From the NCBI GenBank assembly GCA_964459825.1, contig CAYWOF010000001.1, positions 1 to 45,228 of the forward strand: 45,228 nt of DNA, read 5' to 3'. Position 1 is the stretch's first letter. Every line of letters begins with the position of its first letter. Below the pieces are notes generated by a model. That model worked only from the letters and a program-made list of their open reading frames with translations. It ran no database searches and had not been told where the DNA came from. Source of the stretch: an uncultured Phycisphaeraceae bacterium (GTDB taxonomy: Bacteria > Planctomycetota > Phycisphaerae > Phycisphaerales > UBA1924). Both the position numbers and the translations under genes were made by a program. This document shows positions 1 through 9,129 of this stretch, piece after piece.

Positions 1-2364
1 GTTGTAGTCGGGGATGAGGTCCATCGGGCCCGGGCGGAAGAGGGCGTTGGCCGCGATGAGGTCTTCCAGCCGGTCGGGCTTCATCTCGACCAGCAGGCGG
101 CGCATGCCCCCCGATTCAAACTGGAAGACGCCCGTGGTCTCGCCGCGCCGGAAGAGTTCAAAGACCTTCTGGTCGTCGTAGGTCAGGCGATCGAGATCGA
201 GCGGATGGACCGCGCTCTCGTCGGGCGTGGCCGGCGGCGTGCGCCCCACGCTGGCCCAGATCTGCGCGTCGGTGAAGGCCTCGCGAACCAGGCCCTTGCA
301 GCGCTCGATGATCGAGAGCGTGCGCAGGCCCAGGAAGTCCATCTTGAGCAGGCCCATCTTCTCGCAGGTGGGGCCGTCCCACTGCGTGACGATGTCGTTG
401 GAATCGCTGGGCTTGTACAGCGGGACGATCTCGTGGAGCGGGCGCGTGGCGACGATGACGCCGGCGGCGTGGACGGAGGCGTGCCGGGCCTGGCCCTCGA
501 GGGCCCGGGCGTTGTCGAGCAGCCGGCGGATGCGGTCGTCGCTCTCGTAGAGCTCCTTGAGGCGAGGCTCCTGGACCAGGGCATCGTCGAGCGTGATGTT
601 GAGCTGCTCGGGGACGAGCTTGGCGATGCGATCGGCCTCGGCCAGGGGGATCTCGAGCACGCGCGCCACATCGCGGATCGCGGCGCGGGCCTTGAGCGTG
701 CCGAAGGTGATGATCTGGGCGACATGACCGTACTTGCGCCGGACGTGCTCGATGACGCGGGCCCGCCCGTCCTGGCACAGATCGATGTCGATGTCGGGGT
801 ACTCGGACCGGTCGGGGTCGGTGAAGCGCTCGAAGAGCAGGCCGTACCGGACCGGGCAGGCGTTGGAGAGGCCCAGCACGTACCCGACCATCGTGCCGAC
901 GCCCGAGCCGCGGGCCAGCGCGGGGATGGCGTGGGCGCGTCCCCAGCTGACGAAGTCCCAGACGATGAGGAAGTAGGCCGAGATGCCCTTGTCGCAGAGG
1001 ATGTCGAGTTCGCGCTCGAGGCGGGCGAGCACCTCGGAGCGCCCGGGGGCGCCATCCGCGGCGCCGGTCGGCGCGTCGCGCTCCGCGATGCCGGGCCCGT
1101 AGCGCCAGACCGCCCCGGCCCTGGCCAGGGCGCGCAGGGCGTCGTCGCACTCGCGCCGCGCCTCGGCGAGCTCGGCCGGCGAGGGCTCGTGATCGAACGG
1201 GGTGACCTCGAAGCAGGCGCCGAACTCCACGTGCCAGCGCGAGAGGTCGCCGCCGAACCGCGGGTCGTCCCAGCGCGGCAGCTCCGCCGCGCCGGCGCCG
1301 GCCCCGCGCCGGCGCACCCGGACCATCGGGGCGTGGTTGCGCCCGATGGGGAGCTCGAGCGCGCACGCCCGCGCGATCCGCACCGAGTTGTCGCAGGCCT
1401 CGCGCCACGCGTCGCGAACCTCGGCGGCCTCCCCATCGCAGAGGGCGCGCATCTCCCCCGGGCTCTTGACGTAGAGCTGGGGCGGGTAGCGCATCCGATC
1501 CGCGGCGCTCTTGGCCTTCTGCGTCGAGATGCAGATGAGCGTGTCGTGGGCGTCGTGGTCCTCGGCGCGAAGGAAGTGGGCGTCGTTGTCGGCCACGAGC
1601 GGGAGGTTCAGCTCCCGCGCCAGACGCACCAGGTGCGGCAGGATCGAGTTCTGCTCGGGCACGTGTCGCTGGAGCTCGATGTAGAACCGGGGAAGAGACG
1701 GAGAGACGCGGACACCAAGAGTCGCGGAAGATTCGGGCTCGTCCTTCCGTCTGGCCGTCGCTTCGTCTCTCGTCCCGCCGAAGGCGCCCGCGTGCCACCG
1801 GGCGCTCTCGACCGCCGCCTCCCAGTGCCTCGCCTCCCCGCTCCGCTCGTAGGCCAGCAGGTGCTCGCCGATCTCGCTCCCCAGGTGGCCGTTGATGGCG
1901 ATGAGTCCCTCGGCGTGGGCCGCCAGCAGCTCTCGATCGATCCGGGGCTTGTAGTAAAAGCCGGTGAGGAACGCCTCCGAGCAGAGCACCAGCAGGTTCC
2001 GCCACCCGGCCTCGTTCATGGCTAGGAGGACGAGGTGATACCCCCCTTCGCCCCCGCCGGCATACGTCCGATCCTGGCGCGGCTTGCCCGGCGGAGTGAC
2101 GTACGCCTCAACGCCGAGGATGGGCTTGACGCCCCCGGCCTTGGCGGCCGTGTAGAAAGCCACCGCTCCGAAGAGGTTGCCATGGTCGGTGACGCCGACC
2201 GCGTCCATTCCGAGGTCTTTCACGCGGGCCAGGAGGCGGTCGAGCCGGTTTCCGCCATCGAGGAGCGAGTACTCGGAGTGCAGATGAAGATGGACGAAAC
2301 CAGCCTCCTGCGCCGCGGACGGGCGAGGGGCGTCGGCCTCAAGATGTGGTGCTGAAGGGGCCAT
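1..2364 (-). CDS. dnaE: DNA polymerase III alpha subunit (DnaE), N-terminal 788 codons; the 3' end runs off the left edge of the window
   Basis: Absent from the ORF track because it has no stop inside the window. Hand translation of the minus strand from ATG at 2364 gives MAPSAPHLEADAPRPSAAQEAGFVHLHLHSEYSLLDGGNRLDRLLARVKDLGMDAVGVTDHGNLFGAV (PHP domain). Mid-gene reads RFYIELQRHVPEQNSILPHLVRLARELNLPLVADNDAHFLRAEDHDAHDTLICISTQK. At nt 1 it reads GVFQFESGGMRRLLVEMKPDRLEDLIAANALFRPGPMDLIPDYN. The 2364 nt form exactly 788 codons in one frame. Confidence 0.93.
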   Translation of the reverse strand, partial: MAPSAPHLEADAPRPSAAQEAGFVHLHLHSEYSLLDGGNRLDRLLARVKDLGMDAVGVTDHGNLFGAVAFYTAAKAGGVKPILGVEAYVTPPGKPRQDRTYAGGGEGGYHLVLLAMNEAGWRNLLVLCSEAFLTGFYYKPRIDRELLAAHAEGLIAINGHLGSEIGEHLLAYERSGEARHWEAAVESARWHAGAFGGTRDEATARRKDEPESSATLGVRVSPSLPRFYIELQRHVPEQNSILPHLVRLARELNLPLVADNDAHFLRAEDHDAHDTLICISTQKAKSAADRMRYPPQLYVKSPGEMRALCDGEAAEVRDAWREACDNSVRIARACALELPIGRNHAPMVRVRRRGAGAGAAELPRWDDPRFGGDLSRWHVEFGACFEVTPFDHEPSPAELAEARRECDDALRALARAGAVWRYGPGIAERDAPTGAADGAPGRSEVLARLERELDILCDKGISAYFLIVWDFVSWGRAHAIPALARGSGVGTMVGYVLGLSNACPVRYGLLFERFTDPDRSEYPDIDIDLCQDGRARVIEHVRRKYGHVAQIITFGTLKARAAIRDVARVLEIPLAEADRIAKLVPEQLNITLDDALVQEPRLKELYESDDRIRRLLDNARALEGQARHASVHAAGVIVATRPLHEIVPLYKPSDSNDIVTQWDGPTCEKMGLLKMDFLGLRTLSIIERCKGLVREAFTDAQIWASVGRTPPATPDESAVHPLDLDRLTYDDQKVFELFRRGETTGVFQFESGGMRRLLVEMKPDRLEDLIAANALFRPGPMDLIPDYN

Positions 2365-2674
2365 CGAGTCGGCGTGGGCTACCAGCAGTTGGGTCAGGTC
2401 AACGGTAGGGTGATGAACCTCCAGTGTACCCCGGTAGTGGCGGTGCCGCGTCGGGCCGACAGGTGATCCACAGCGCCCTTCGCGGTTCTCGGACGCCGGG
2501 CAGCTTGCCCGGGTTGCCGGGGCGGTCTGGGCGGTCGGCCGCCGGGGCGGTGGGAGCCCCTGGGGCTGGCCGCCGGGGGTATTCCGTGGCACACCTTTGG
2601 GTGAACCACGCGACGGTCAGGCCCGCCCCAAAGCCCAAGGGCCCGGCCGGCGCGACAGACCCGAGGAGAGAGAC

Positions 2675-3397
2675 ATGCCCAAGAGCAGCATTCTGGCCGT
2701 TATCGGTCTCGCCGCCGCTGCCACCGCCGCCCAGGCCGCCAGTGTGGACCTCCGCTTCGTCGGGGTCGGCCAGGGTCAGACCGTCCGGATCACGATCGGC
2801 GCCAGCACCTTCAACACGTTCGCCGGCCAGTTGAAGCACCAGTTCACCAATGGCACCGGCCCGATGGCCCGGTTCAACGGCCAGACGCTGGTGACCTTCT
2901 GCACGGACCTGACCGAGCACACGACCAGCACCGCGAAGACCTACAGCGTCGTGGACGTCAAAGATGTGCCCGTGACGGCCGGCTGGCCCGCGATGGGTCA
3001 GGATCGGGCCGACGCGATGGAGCGCCTGTTCGCCGCGGCGCCGAGCTCCCTCTTCGACTGGACGGCCGCCGACCCGGCCCATGCGGCCGCGTTCCAGATC
3101 GCGGTGTGGGAGATCGCGTACGACTACAACGAGGCCAACCCGCTGAGCTTCGATGTCACCGCGGGCAACTTCCGGGCCAGGCAGACCAGCGGCGCGGCGC
3201 TCGCGGCCCCGGTCTCGACCTGGCTCTCGAACCTGGCGGTTTCGGTCAACGACCTGGATGGGGGGGCGTCGCGGGTGCTGGGCCTGAGCCGGAGCGGCTC
3301 GCAGGATCAGCTGCAGGTCGTCCCCCTCCCGAGCACCGGCGTCCTCGGCCTGGCAGGACTGGGGTTGGTGGGGACGGCCCGCCGCAGGGCCCGATAA
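2675..3397 (+). CDS. Secreted PEP-CTERM-tailed protein, paralog 1 (unknown function; conserved Cys...Gln motif pair)
   Basis: Internal ATG at 2675 of track ORF 2597..3397, preceded by gaggagagaga (RBS). Signal peptide MPKSSILAVIGLAAAATAAQA. C-terminus VVPLPSTGVLGLAGLGLVGTARRRAR has the PEP-CTERM layout: P-x-P, hydrophobic helix, Arg cluster. It shares FAGQL.H...GPM...TFC.DL...AAAFQI.VWEI.YDY with the next gene. Confidence 0.8.
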   Translation: MPKSSILAVIGLAAAATAAQAASVDLRFVGVGQGQTVRITIGASTFNTFAGQLKHQFTNGTGPMARFNGQTLVTFCTDLTEHTTSTAKTYSVVDVKDVPVTAGWPAMGQDRADAMERLFAAAPSSLFDWTAADPAHAAAFQIAVWEIAYDYNEANPLSFDVTAGNFRARQTSGAALAAPVSTWLSNLAVSVNDLDGGASRVLGLSRSGSQDQLQVVPLPSTGVLGLAGLGLVGTARRRAR

Positions 3398-3527
3398 CAC
3401 CCGATCTCCCGGATCGACATCAACGTCCCGGTGACTCCGCCAGCCTGGAGGCGGAGTCATCGCGTTGGGCGCATGGTCCGCGTTGCAGGACGGACCAGGA
3501 AACCGCAACAGGGTCGCGAAATTGGGA

Positions 3528-3556
3528 TTGACACTCTCCGCCCGTTCCTTTCTAAT
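3528..3556 (+). promoter_or_regulatory. Candidate sigma70-type promoter for the second PEP-CTERM paralog
   Basis: TTGACA (3528-3533), 17-nt spacer, TCTAAT (3551-3556), about 90 nt upstream of the ATG at 3647. Pattern match only. Confidence 0.3.
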
Positions 3557-3646
3557 CCGCGGCCAGCGGTGGTTTGTTTGCCGCCGGAACTGCGGTCGAC
3601 TGCGGAGTGTGTTCGGCGATCGCCCTGCGAGAGAGGGGAGTCGGTC

Positions 3647-4408
3647 ATGGCGAGGGTTGGAATGTGTGCGGTCTTGGCCTGCGCGCTGGCCTCCGGGGCG
3701 GCCCATGCCGACACGGTCAAGGTCAAGCGGAGCTCGAGCTTCTTCGGCCAGGGCACGCAGGTGGACGTGAAGCTCTACTCGGGCGGCACGCACAGCTACA
3801 ACAACCTCTTCGCCGGGCAGCTGAACCACTCGCTCTCGGATGGCGTCGGTCCGATGGGCCAGCGGTTCGAGGGGGAGCGGATCACCTTCTGCTGCGACCT
3901 GCTGGGGAGCTACGCGCCGTCGAGCTCCTCTACCACGTACGACGTGAAGTGGGTCGGCGAGATGTTCAACGCCGAGAAGGCCGGCGCCCTGCGGGACATC
4001 TACCGGGGCGCCCAGGGGCAGCAGCTCGACCCGACCGTGGACGACAAGTTCGCCGCGGCGTTCCAGATCGTCGTGTGGGAGATCGTGTACGACTACGACC
4101 CGTCCAAGACGAACGCCAACATCGCCATCACGTCCACGTCGAGCTCCAACGGTGTGAGCAGCACGAACCGGTTCCGGGCGTGGAGGAGCAACGGCTACTC
4201 GCTCACCGGCGATTCCGCGCTGTGGGGCTATGTCAACGAGATCGTCGGGTACATCCGTCCGAGCGGTCAGCACATCTCCAGCAGCGCGCTGTGCGTGCTC
4301 AAGAGCAGCAACTACCAGGACCAGCTGATCATCCCGCTGCCGGGAGCGGCGGCGATGGGTCTGGCGGGCCTGGGGCTGGCCGGCGCGGCGCGCCGCCGGC
4401 GGGCCTGA
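3647..4408 (+). CDS. Secreted PEP-CTERM-tailed protein, paralog 2
   Basis: Internal ATG at 3647 of track ORF 3431..4408, preceded by gagaggggag. Signal peptide MARVGMCAVLACALASGAAHA. C-terminus IIPLPGAAAMGLAGLGLAGAARRRRA. It shares the FAGQLNH...GPM...TFCCDL...AAAFQIVVWEIVYDY core with 2675..3397. Confidence 0.8.
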   Translation: MARVGMCAVLACALASGAAHADTVKVKRSSSFFGQGTQVDVKLYSGGTHSYNNLFAGQLNHSLSDGVGPMGQRFEGERITFCCDLLGSYAPSSSSTTYDVKWVGEMFNAEKAGALRDIYRGAQGQQLDPTVDDKFAAAFQIVVWEIVYDYDPSKTNANIAITSTSSSNGVSSTNRFRAWRSNGYSLTGDSALWGYVNEIVGYIRPSGQHISSSALCVLKSSNYQDQLIIPLPGAAAMGLAGLGLAGAARRRRA

Positions 4409-4520
4409 GCCGGGTTGAGGCCGACGCCGTGCCGCACCGCCTCGGTCCGGGCGGGGCTGGTTCGCCGAGCGCGACGCGGGAGCGCCCCGTCGCGCTGGTG
4501 CGCGGCGCGTACGATCGGGC

Positions 4521-4820
4521 ATGCCGGGGGTTTGGGTGAGCACCATCCGGGGGTCGGCCGGCCGGGCGCAGGGGCGCCTGGGCGCGTTCGTCGTCCGCCA
4601 GCCCGGCTGGGTCGCTCGCGCTGCGATCCTCGCGGCGCTGCTGGTGGCGGGGCTGCTGGCGGTGCTGGTGCTCCTGCCGATGCTCGTCGTGGCGACGGTG
4701 GTGTTTCTCGCCGCGGCCGGATGGGCCGGGCTCCGGCGGTCGTGGTCGCGCCTGACCGGGCGCGGTCCGGGCGGGCGGCGGAACGTGCGCATCGTGGTGC
4801 GCGAACCCCGAGGGCCATAG
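4521..4820 (+). CDS. Small hypothetical membrane protein (two predicted TM helices)
   Basis: Track ORF of 99 aa. Hydrophobic core ILAALLVAGLLAVLVLLPMLVVATVVFLAAAGWAGL. Third codon positions are almost all G/C when read by hand, which is coding-like. No recognisable family. Confidence 0.4.
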   Translation: MPGVWVSTIRGSAGRAQGRLGAFVVRQPGWVARAAILAALLVAGLLAVLVLLPMLVVATVVFLAAAGWAGLRRSWSRLTGRGPGGRRNVRIVVREPRGP

Positions 4821-4826
4821 GCCGGG

Positions 4827-5714
4827 TCATCGGGGGATCGGGGGCGGATCGGCGTCGAGACCGGTGCCGCTGAAGTAGCGGTTCGTGGGCCGGTCCGGGC
4901 CGGACCCGAAGAGCTCGTAGCTTCGGTCGGGCTTGTAGCGGTAGCCGAGCTCCTCGAACTTCATCGCCCGTGCGTGCGTGTCGCTGAAGAGGACCACGAT
5001 GGCCCCCCGGTGGCGCGGGTCCGGCCCGTTGCGGTGCGGGGCGCTCGCGATGTCGGATTGGGGCGTCAGGCGCGGCGGGTCGATCGTGAGGGCCTCGTTG
5101 CCCAGCTCGCGCTCGTCGTCGCCGTCGTTGTTGTAGGGCAGCCGGTCTTCCGGCGCGAATGAGCAGGCGGTGCCCATCGAGTCGGCGGCGATCATCGTGG
5201 CGCTGAAGTCCTGGATCCGCGAGCGCCGCACGGGGAAGCTGTGGAAGCGCCCGTTCGTCTGGCGCGAGTTGCCGAGGAACTGGTAGTTGTACCCGTACGC
5301 CGCGTTGCGCTCGTCGGTCCACTCTCTCACGGAGGGGCAGACGAACACGCGGCTGTCGTAGTCCTGGCGCCCCGTGGTGGTGAGGGGCTCGGCGTGGGGC
5401 CAGACGCCCACGTACGCACCCATGCGGGCGATCCACGCGGGGCGGAACTTGAGCCCGTTGCCGACCTCGTACCAGTTGGCGGGGTTGGAAGTTCCACCCG
5501 GCAGGTTGGGGGGCCGGTGGGGGACCATGACGTCCTGGTTCTCATCGGCGTAGGCGTTCCACCCCATCGAGAGCTGGCGCAGGTTGGAGAGGCAGGCGCT
5601 GGTGCGTCCGCTCTCGCGGGCGGCGCCCAGCGCGGGGAGCAGGATGCCGATCAGCACCGCGACGACGGCGATCACCACGAGGAGCTCGATCAGGGTGAAC
5701 CCGCGCCGGCGCAT
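4827..5714 (-). CDS. Prepilin-type N-terminal cleavage/methylation domain protein (DUF1559-like pseudopilin)
   Basis: N-terminus [34 protein letters not shown] is the canonical type IV pilin-like leader plus hydrophobic helix. The C-terminal [17 protein letters not shown] resembles the H-X9-DG region of planctomycete DUF1559 proteins. Confidence 0.9.
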   Translation of the reverse strand: MRRRGFTLIELLVVIAVVAVLIGILLPALGAARESGRTSACLSNLRQLSMGWNAYADENQDVMVPHRPPNLPGGTSNPANWYEVGNGLKFRPAWIARMGAYVGVWPHAEPLTTTGRQDYDSRVFVCPSVREWTDERNAAYGYNYQFLGNSRQTNGRFHSFPVRRSRIQDFSATMIAADSMGTACSFAPEDRLPYNNDGDDERELGNEALTIDPPRLTPQSDIASAPHRNGPDPRHRGAIVVLFSDTHARAMKFEELGYRYKPDRSYELFGSGPDRPTNRYFSGTGLDADPPPIPR

Positions 5715-5771
5715 GCCCCGAGTCTACTGGCCGCCGGCCCGCGGTTCAATGGACTGTCGGGAGCGTCGTTC

Positions 5772-6755
5772 TCAGGGCTCCTCGAGGGACTCGAGCCAGG
5801 CGTTCCGCGCCGCGCGGGTGATGGCACCCACGGCGGCATCGGCGATGGCCTCGCGCTCGATCTTGACCACGGGGAGCACGCCCCAGCTGGAGTTGGTCAG
5901 GAAGACCTCGTCGGCGTCGAGCACGTCCCCGATCGAGAGCATCCGCCCAAGAACCTCCAGGCCGCGCTGGCAAGCCCAGTCGCGAACCCAGGCTCGCGTG
6001 ACACCCGGACGGACGGGGCTGGGCAACGCCACCCCGGCCGGCCCGGCCCCGCCATCCCGGCGCGGGGTCTGCTCCTGGCGCGGTGCGCCCTCCTCCCCGC
6101 GCGCAATCGGCGTGAGGAGCCTGCCCCCCTTGACGATGAGGGCGTTGCTGACGCACCCACCGACGAGGTGGTTGGAAACCTGGAAGACCAGGGCCTCACC
6201 GGCGCGCCGGGCCGCCGCCTGCTGAAGCTCGCGCAGGCGCCACCAGTAGTTGAGCGTCTTGTGGCCCTCGGTGGGGACGAGCGGGCTCACGCGGGCATCG
6301 GCGATGGTGACGCCGACGCCCCGCTCGAACATCTCCTCCGGGTACTCGGTCGCGGGCTGGGCGACGATGAGGAGCGTGGGCCGGAGGCCCGGGGGCCGGC
6401 TGCCGGCTTCGGGATCGGCCGGTCCATGGCCCGCGCCGGCGCGCAGGAGCAGGTTGAGGTCCCCGCCCGTGAGGGTCACGCGGACACGGGCGCGGGACAG
6501 GCCGGAGCGCTGGATCGTGAGGTGGGCGGCCTCGGCGAGCGGTCCGGCGCGCAGGTCGGCCAGGCCCAGGTCGCGCGCCGATTCGATGAGGCGGGCGAGG
6601 TGGTCCTCGAGGTGGTGGGCCCAGACGGTGTCGCCCCGTACGCCGCCGAGGAACGTCTCGAAGAGCCCGACGCCGTGCTGGAGACCGGCATCGAAGGCCG
6701 AGACGCGGGCCTCGGCGGGATCGAGGAAGCGGCCGTCGAGGTAGACGGTGGTCAT
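5772..6755 (-). CDS. Class IV (fold type IV) PLP aminotransferase / aminodeoxychorismate lyase-like
   Basis: Internal ATG at 6755 of track ORF 5772..7568, in frame, 327 aa. Sequence reads MTTVYLDGRFLDPAEARVSAFDAGLQHGVGLFETF...TEGHKTLNYWW (Lys-x-x-N-Y context)...FLTNSSWGVLPV. The upstream part of the track ORF overlaps the opposite-strand gene 6849..8093. Confidence 0.85.
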   Translation of the reverse strand: MTTVYLDGRFLDPAEARVSAFDAGLQHGVGLFETFLGGVRGDTVWAHHLEDHLARLIESARDLGLADLRAGPLAEAAHLTIQRSGLSRARVRVTLTGGDLNLLLRAGAGHGPADPEAGSRPPGLRPTLLIVAQPATEYPEEMFERGVGVTIADARVSPLVPTEGHKTLNYWWRLRELQQAAARRAGEALVFQVSNHLVGGCVSNALIVKGGRLLTPIARGEEGAPRQEQTPRRDGGAGPAGVALPSPVRPGVTRAWVRDWACQRGLEVLGRMLSIGDVLDADEVFLTNSSWGVLPVVKIEREAIADAAVGAITRAARNAWLESLEEP

Positions 6756-6848
6756 GCCGGGGGGAGCGTACGCGCCGGGGTGGCGAGGGGTCCTCTGGAT
6801 TGCCGGGCCCGGGCGCGGTACAACGGACGGACCTGTGGAGGGCGTGCC

Positions 6849-8093
6849 ATGGCGATAAACCGGGTCGGGTTGGTGTTGTCCGGGCTTGCGCTCTGGGGCG
6901 CGCCGCCGGGCGGCGGGGCGCAACCACCGGGGACACCCGCGCCGAAGGCCGACGGCGCGCCAGCGCCATCGATCGAATGGCACCACAACCTCGACGACGC
7001 GATGGCGCTGGCGGCCCGGGAGGGCAAGCCCCTCATCGCCTACTTCACGTTCGACGCCTGCATCTGGTGCAAGAAGCTCGAGCAGGACACGTTCGCGGAT
7101 CCCCAGGTGATCGCGCGGAGCCGCGACCTTGTGTGGGTCGAGATCAACCGCGACCACGTCGCGCCCGAGGTGATCGGTCCGTTCAACGTCTCCGCCTTTC
7201 CATCGCTCATCTTCCTGGGTGACAAGAAGGAGAAGATCTACCGGTTCTCGAGCTACATGCTCCCCGACGCGTTCCTGGCCCGGCTCGATGAGGGCTTCGC
7301 CCGGCACGCGCTGTACCGGGCGGGGGAGGAGTGGGACACACCCACGCCGCGGGCCGAGGCGATCTGCGAGGCGCTGGAACTGGGCTCGATCCCGGCGCCG
7401 TCGGAGGGCATCCCCAACGGGCTGGCGTGGCTCGACGGGCATCTCTGGCTGGCGCAGAACGCGGAGCAGGGTGAGGGCGTGCGGCTGTTCCGGATCGACG
7501 AGGCCGGGCGGATCGAGCGGGAGCACGCGTTCGAGGACCCCATCGCGGACCTGGCCACCGACGGACACTCTCTCTACGCGGCCCCGTACGGGTGGACCAT
7601 CGGGCAGCCGATCGTCGTGGTGGACCCGGCGACGGGTGGGGTGACGCGGCGGATCGTCACGGAGGCCAACAAGCAGAACACGGGTTGGGACTGCCGTGGC
7701 GTCGAATGGGTGGATGGCAGCCTGTGGCTGCTCAAGGGTTCATCGGGCGTCCTCTACCAGGTCGAGCCCGCCGGGGGCGCGATCGTGCGCGAGGTGAAGG
7801 TGGGCGCGTCCTGGCTGACCGGGCTGGGGCGCGACGGCGCCCGGTTCGTCATCGGGGGCAAGGAGCGGCTGATCTGGTTCGAGCCCGACGAGGCCGGTGG
7901 CGGCCGGATCGTCCGGAGCGTGCCCATGAACTACCCGCTGCGAAGCGTTGAGTGGCACGCGGGCTCGGCGTACCTGATGGAGCAGCCGGTCTTCGACTTC
8001 GACAAGAGCAACCAGCGGATCCGGCTCTGGCCGCGGGAGACGGTCGTGCACGTGGTCAAGCTGGCGCCCGAGGCGGGGGTTGTGGGTCGCTGA
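6849..8093 (+). CDS. Secreted thioredoxin-fold (DUF255/thioredoxin_7-like, CIWC motif) protein fused to a beta-propeller resembling glutaminyl cyclase-like repeats
   Basis: Internal ATG at 6849 of the 950-aa track ORF. Signal peptide MAINRVGLVLSGLALWGA. Thioredoxin-like block WHHNLDDAMALAAREGKPLIAYFTFDACIWCKKLEQDTFADPQV...FPSLIFLG. Repeated blades follow: GLAWLDGHLWLAQ, DLATDGHSLYAA, GVEWVDGSLWLLK. Confidence 0.8.
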   Translation: MAINRVGLVLSGLALWGAPPGGGAQPPGTPAPKADGAPAPSIEWHHNLDDAMALAAREGKPLIAYFTFDACIWCKKLEQDTFADPQVIARSRDLVWVEINRDHVAPEVIGPFNVSAFPSLIFLGDKKEKIYRFSSYMLPDAFLARLDEGFARHALYRAGEEWDTPTPRAEAICEALELGSIPAPSEGIPNGLAWLDGHLWLAQNAEQGEGVRLFRIDEAGRIEREHAFEDPIADLATDGHSLYAAPYGWTIGQPIVVVDPATGGVTRRIVTEANKQNTGWDCRGVEWVDGSLWLLKGSSGVLYQVEPAGGAIVREVKVGASWLTGLGRDGARFVIGGKERLIWFEPDEAGGGRIVRSVPMNYPLRSVEWHAGSAYLMEQPVFDFDKSNQRIRLWPRETVVHVVKLAPEAGVVGR

Positions 8094-8910
8094 GGGCGGC
8101 CGGGCGTGTCGGGCGGCCGCACTCGGGGCAGGGGGCGTCGCGAGGCAAGCCGCGCAAGTCGTAGGCGCAGCGTTCGCACCGACCCGCGCGCCGGCGGAGC
8201 GCGCGTCGCACGAAGCGGATGGCGAAGCCCGGGCCCGCGAGCAGCGCGAGCCAGCCGGCTCCGAACACCAGCGAGTCGGCGAGAAAGCCGGGCCAGAGGA
8301 TGCGGGTGGGAAGGACCGCGGGCAGGTAGGCCCCGTTCCACGAGATGTCGGCGGGGTCGATCAGGCGCGAGCGGGGGATGACGATGCCGCCGCGAGCCCG
8401 CGGCACCCACCCGGGCCCCTCCGGCACCCACGCGTACTCGAACCAGAGCGCCCGCCAGGGACGGCCCAGCGTGTGGACCTTGCGCGTCATCCGGGGCGGA
8501 TCGAGCTGGTGGGGATGCAGAGGGTCGGGCTCCGGCCAGGGGGCGGCGCCGACGGTCCAGGGGAGCGCGGCCCGCCGCTCGCCCCAGGGCACTCCGGCCT
8601 CGGGCGGGGGCTCGCGCCCGGTGCCCTCGGCGGGCGAGTTCACGATCTGGACCTCGTAGATGGTCCGCTCCCGGCTGGGGCGCCGGTGGATGTAGATCTC
8701 CCCCCGGCCCTCGGCACGCGCGGGGTCGCGGGCGCGCCGGCCGATCCAGGCAGGCCCGGTCGGGCGGCCAAACTCCAGGGCATCGCGCCAGGCGAGGCCG
8801 GTGGTGGTGGCCAGGCCGAGGATGGCGGCCAGGAGGAGGGTGCGTGTCGAGCGCCCGTTCACGCCCCGGGTGTATGGGCGAGGCCGGCTTCGGTCGCGGG
8901 GGGCCCGCAT
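8056..8910 (-). CDS. Membrane protein with C-terminal CxxC...CPECG zinc ribbon, paralog A
   Basis: Track ORF of 284 aa. N-terminal TM TLLLAAILGLATTTGLA, second TM LVFGAGWLALLAGPGFAI, then RRRAGRCERCAYDLRGLPRDAPCPECGRP. About half the residues match 9130..9930 on hand alignment (IYxVxxxN, PPPExGxPWG, LPWTV, GPGWVP, LWPGFxAD). Confidence 0.75.
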   Translation of the reverse strand: MRAPRDRSRPRPYTRGVNGRSTRTLLLAAILGLATTTGLAWRDALEFGRPTGPAWIGRRARDPARAEGRGEIYIHRRPSRERTIYEVQIVNSPAEGTGREPPPEAGVPWGERRAALPWTVGAAPWPEPDPLHPHQLDPPRMTRKVHTLGRPWRALWFEYAWVPEGPGWVPRARGGIVIPRSRLIDPADISWNGAYLPAVLPTRILWPGFLADSLVFGAGWLALLAGPGFAIRFVRRALRRRAGRCERCAYDLRGLPRDAPCPECGRPTRPAALSDPQPPPRAPA

Positions 8911-8935
8911 ACGGGCGGGCCGACGAACGCCGGCG

Positions 8936-9127
8936 TTAGCGGCCCGACCGCTTCGCCCTGCGAGAAGCAGGCCGGTTGGATCGTGCCGCGGCCGTAGGCC
9001 GCCCCGCGATCGCTCGACGCAGGATGGCGGTCGGTGACTCGCCCTGCCTGGCCCATAGGCGACGGCGGATGGTCCGAAATTCCTCGACGGCGCGTTCCGC
9101 CGGACTCAAACGGATGACTCGCCGCAT
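8936..9127 (-). CDS. Small ribbon-helix-helix (CopG/MobC-like) protein, tentative
   Basis: These are the last 63 codons of track ORF 8936..9358, from ATG at 9127: MRRVIRLSPAERAVEEFRTIRRRLWARQGESPTAILRRAIAG. The pattern is beta strand, helix, helix. It starts 2 nt after the stop of the upstream gene (TAG 9130-9132). GC3 is lower than in its neighbours, so it could be non-coding. Confidence 0.4.
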   Translation of the reverse strand: MRRVIRLSPAERAVEEFRTIRRRLWARQGESPTAILRRAIAGRPTAAARSNRPASRRAKRSGR

Positions 9128-9129
9128 GG

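Noticed and set aside
158-2025. Long ORFs 158..2005(-), 183..1436(-) and 205..2025(+) from the track
   Set aside because: They are Arg/Ala/Pro/Gly-rich shadow frames of the dnaE coding region. The third minus-strand frame gives unmistakable DnaE motifs across the whole interval.
2399-4792. 797-aa ORF on the minus strand
   Set aside because: It runs antisense to two well-supported PEP-CTERM genes and has low-complexity R/P/G/A composition. It has no motifs and spans two intergenic regions.
5241-6848. N-terminal 536 residues of the 950-aa plus-strand ORF 5241..8093
   Set aside because: This part is antisense to the pseudopilin and aminotransferase genes and has no signal or motif. The recognisable protein starts at the internal ATG 6849 with its own signal peptide.
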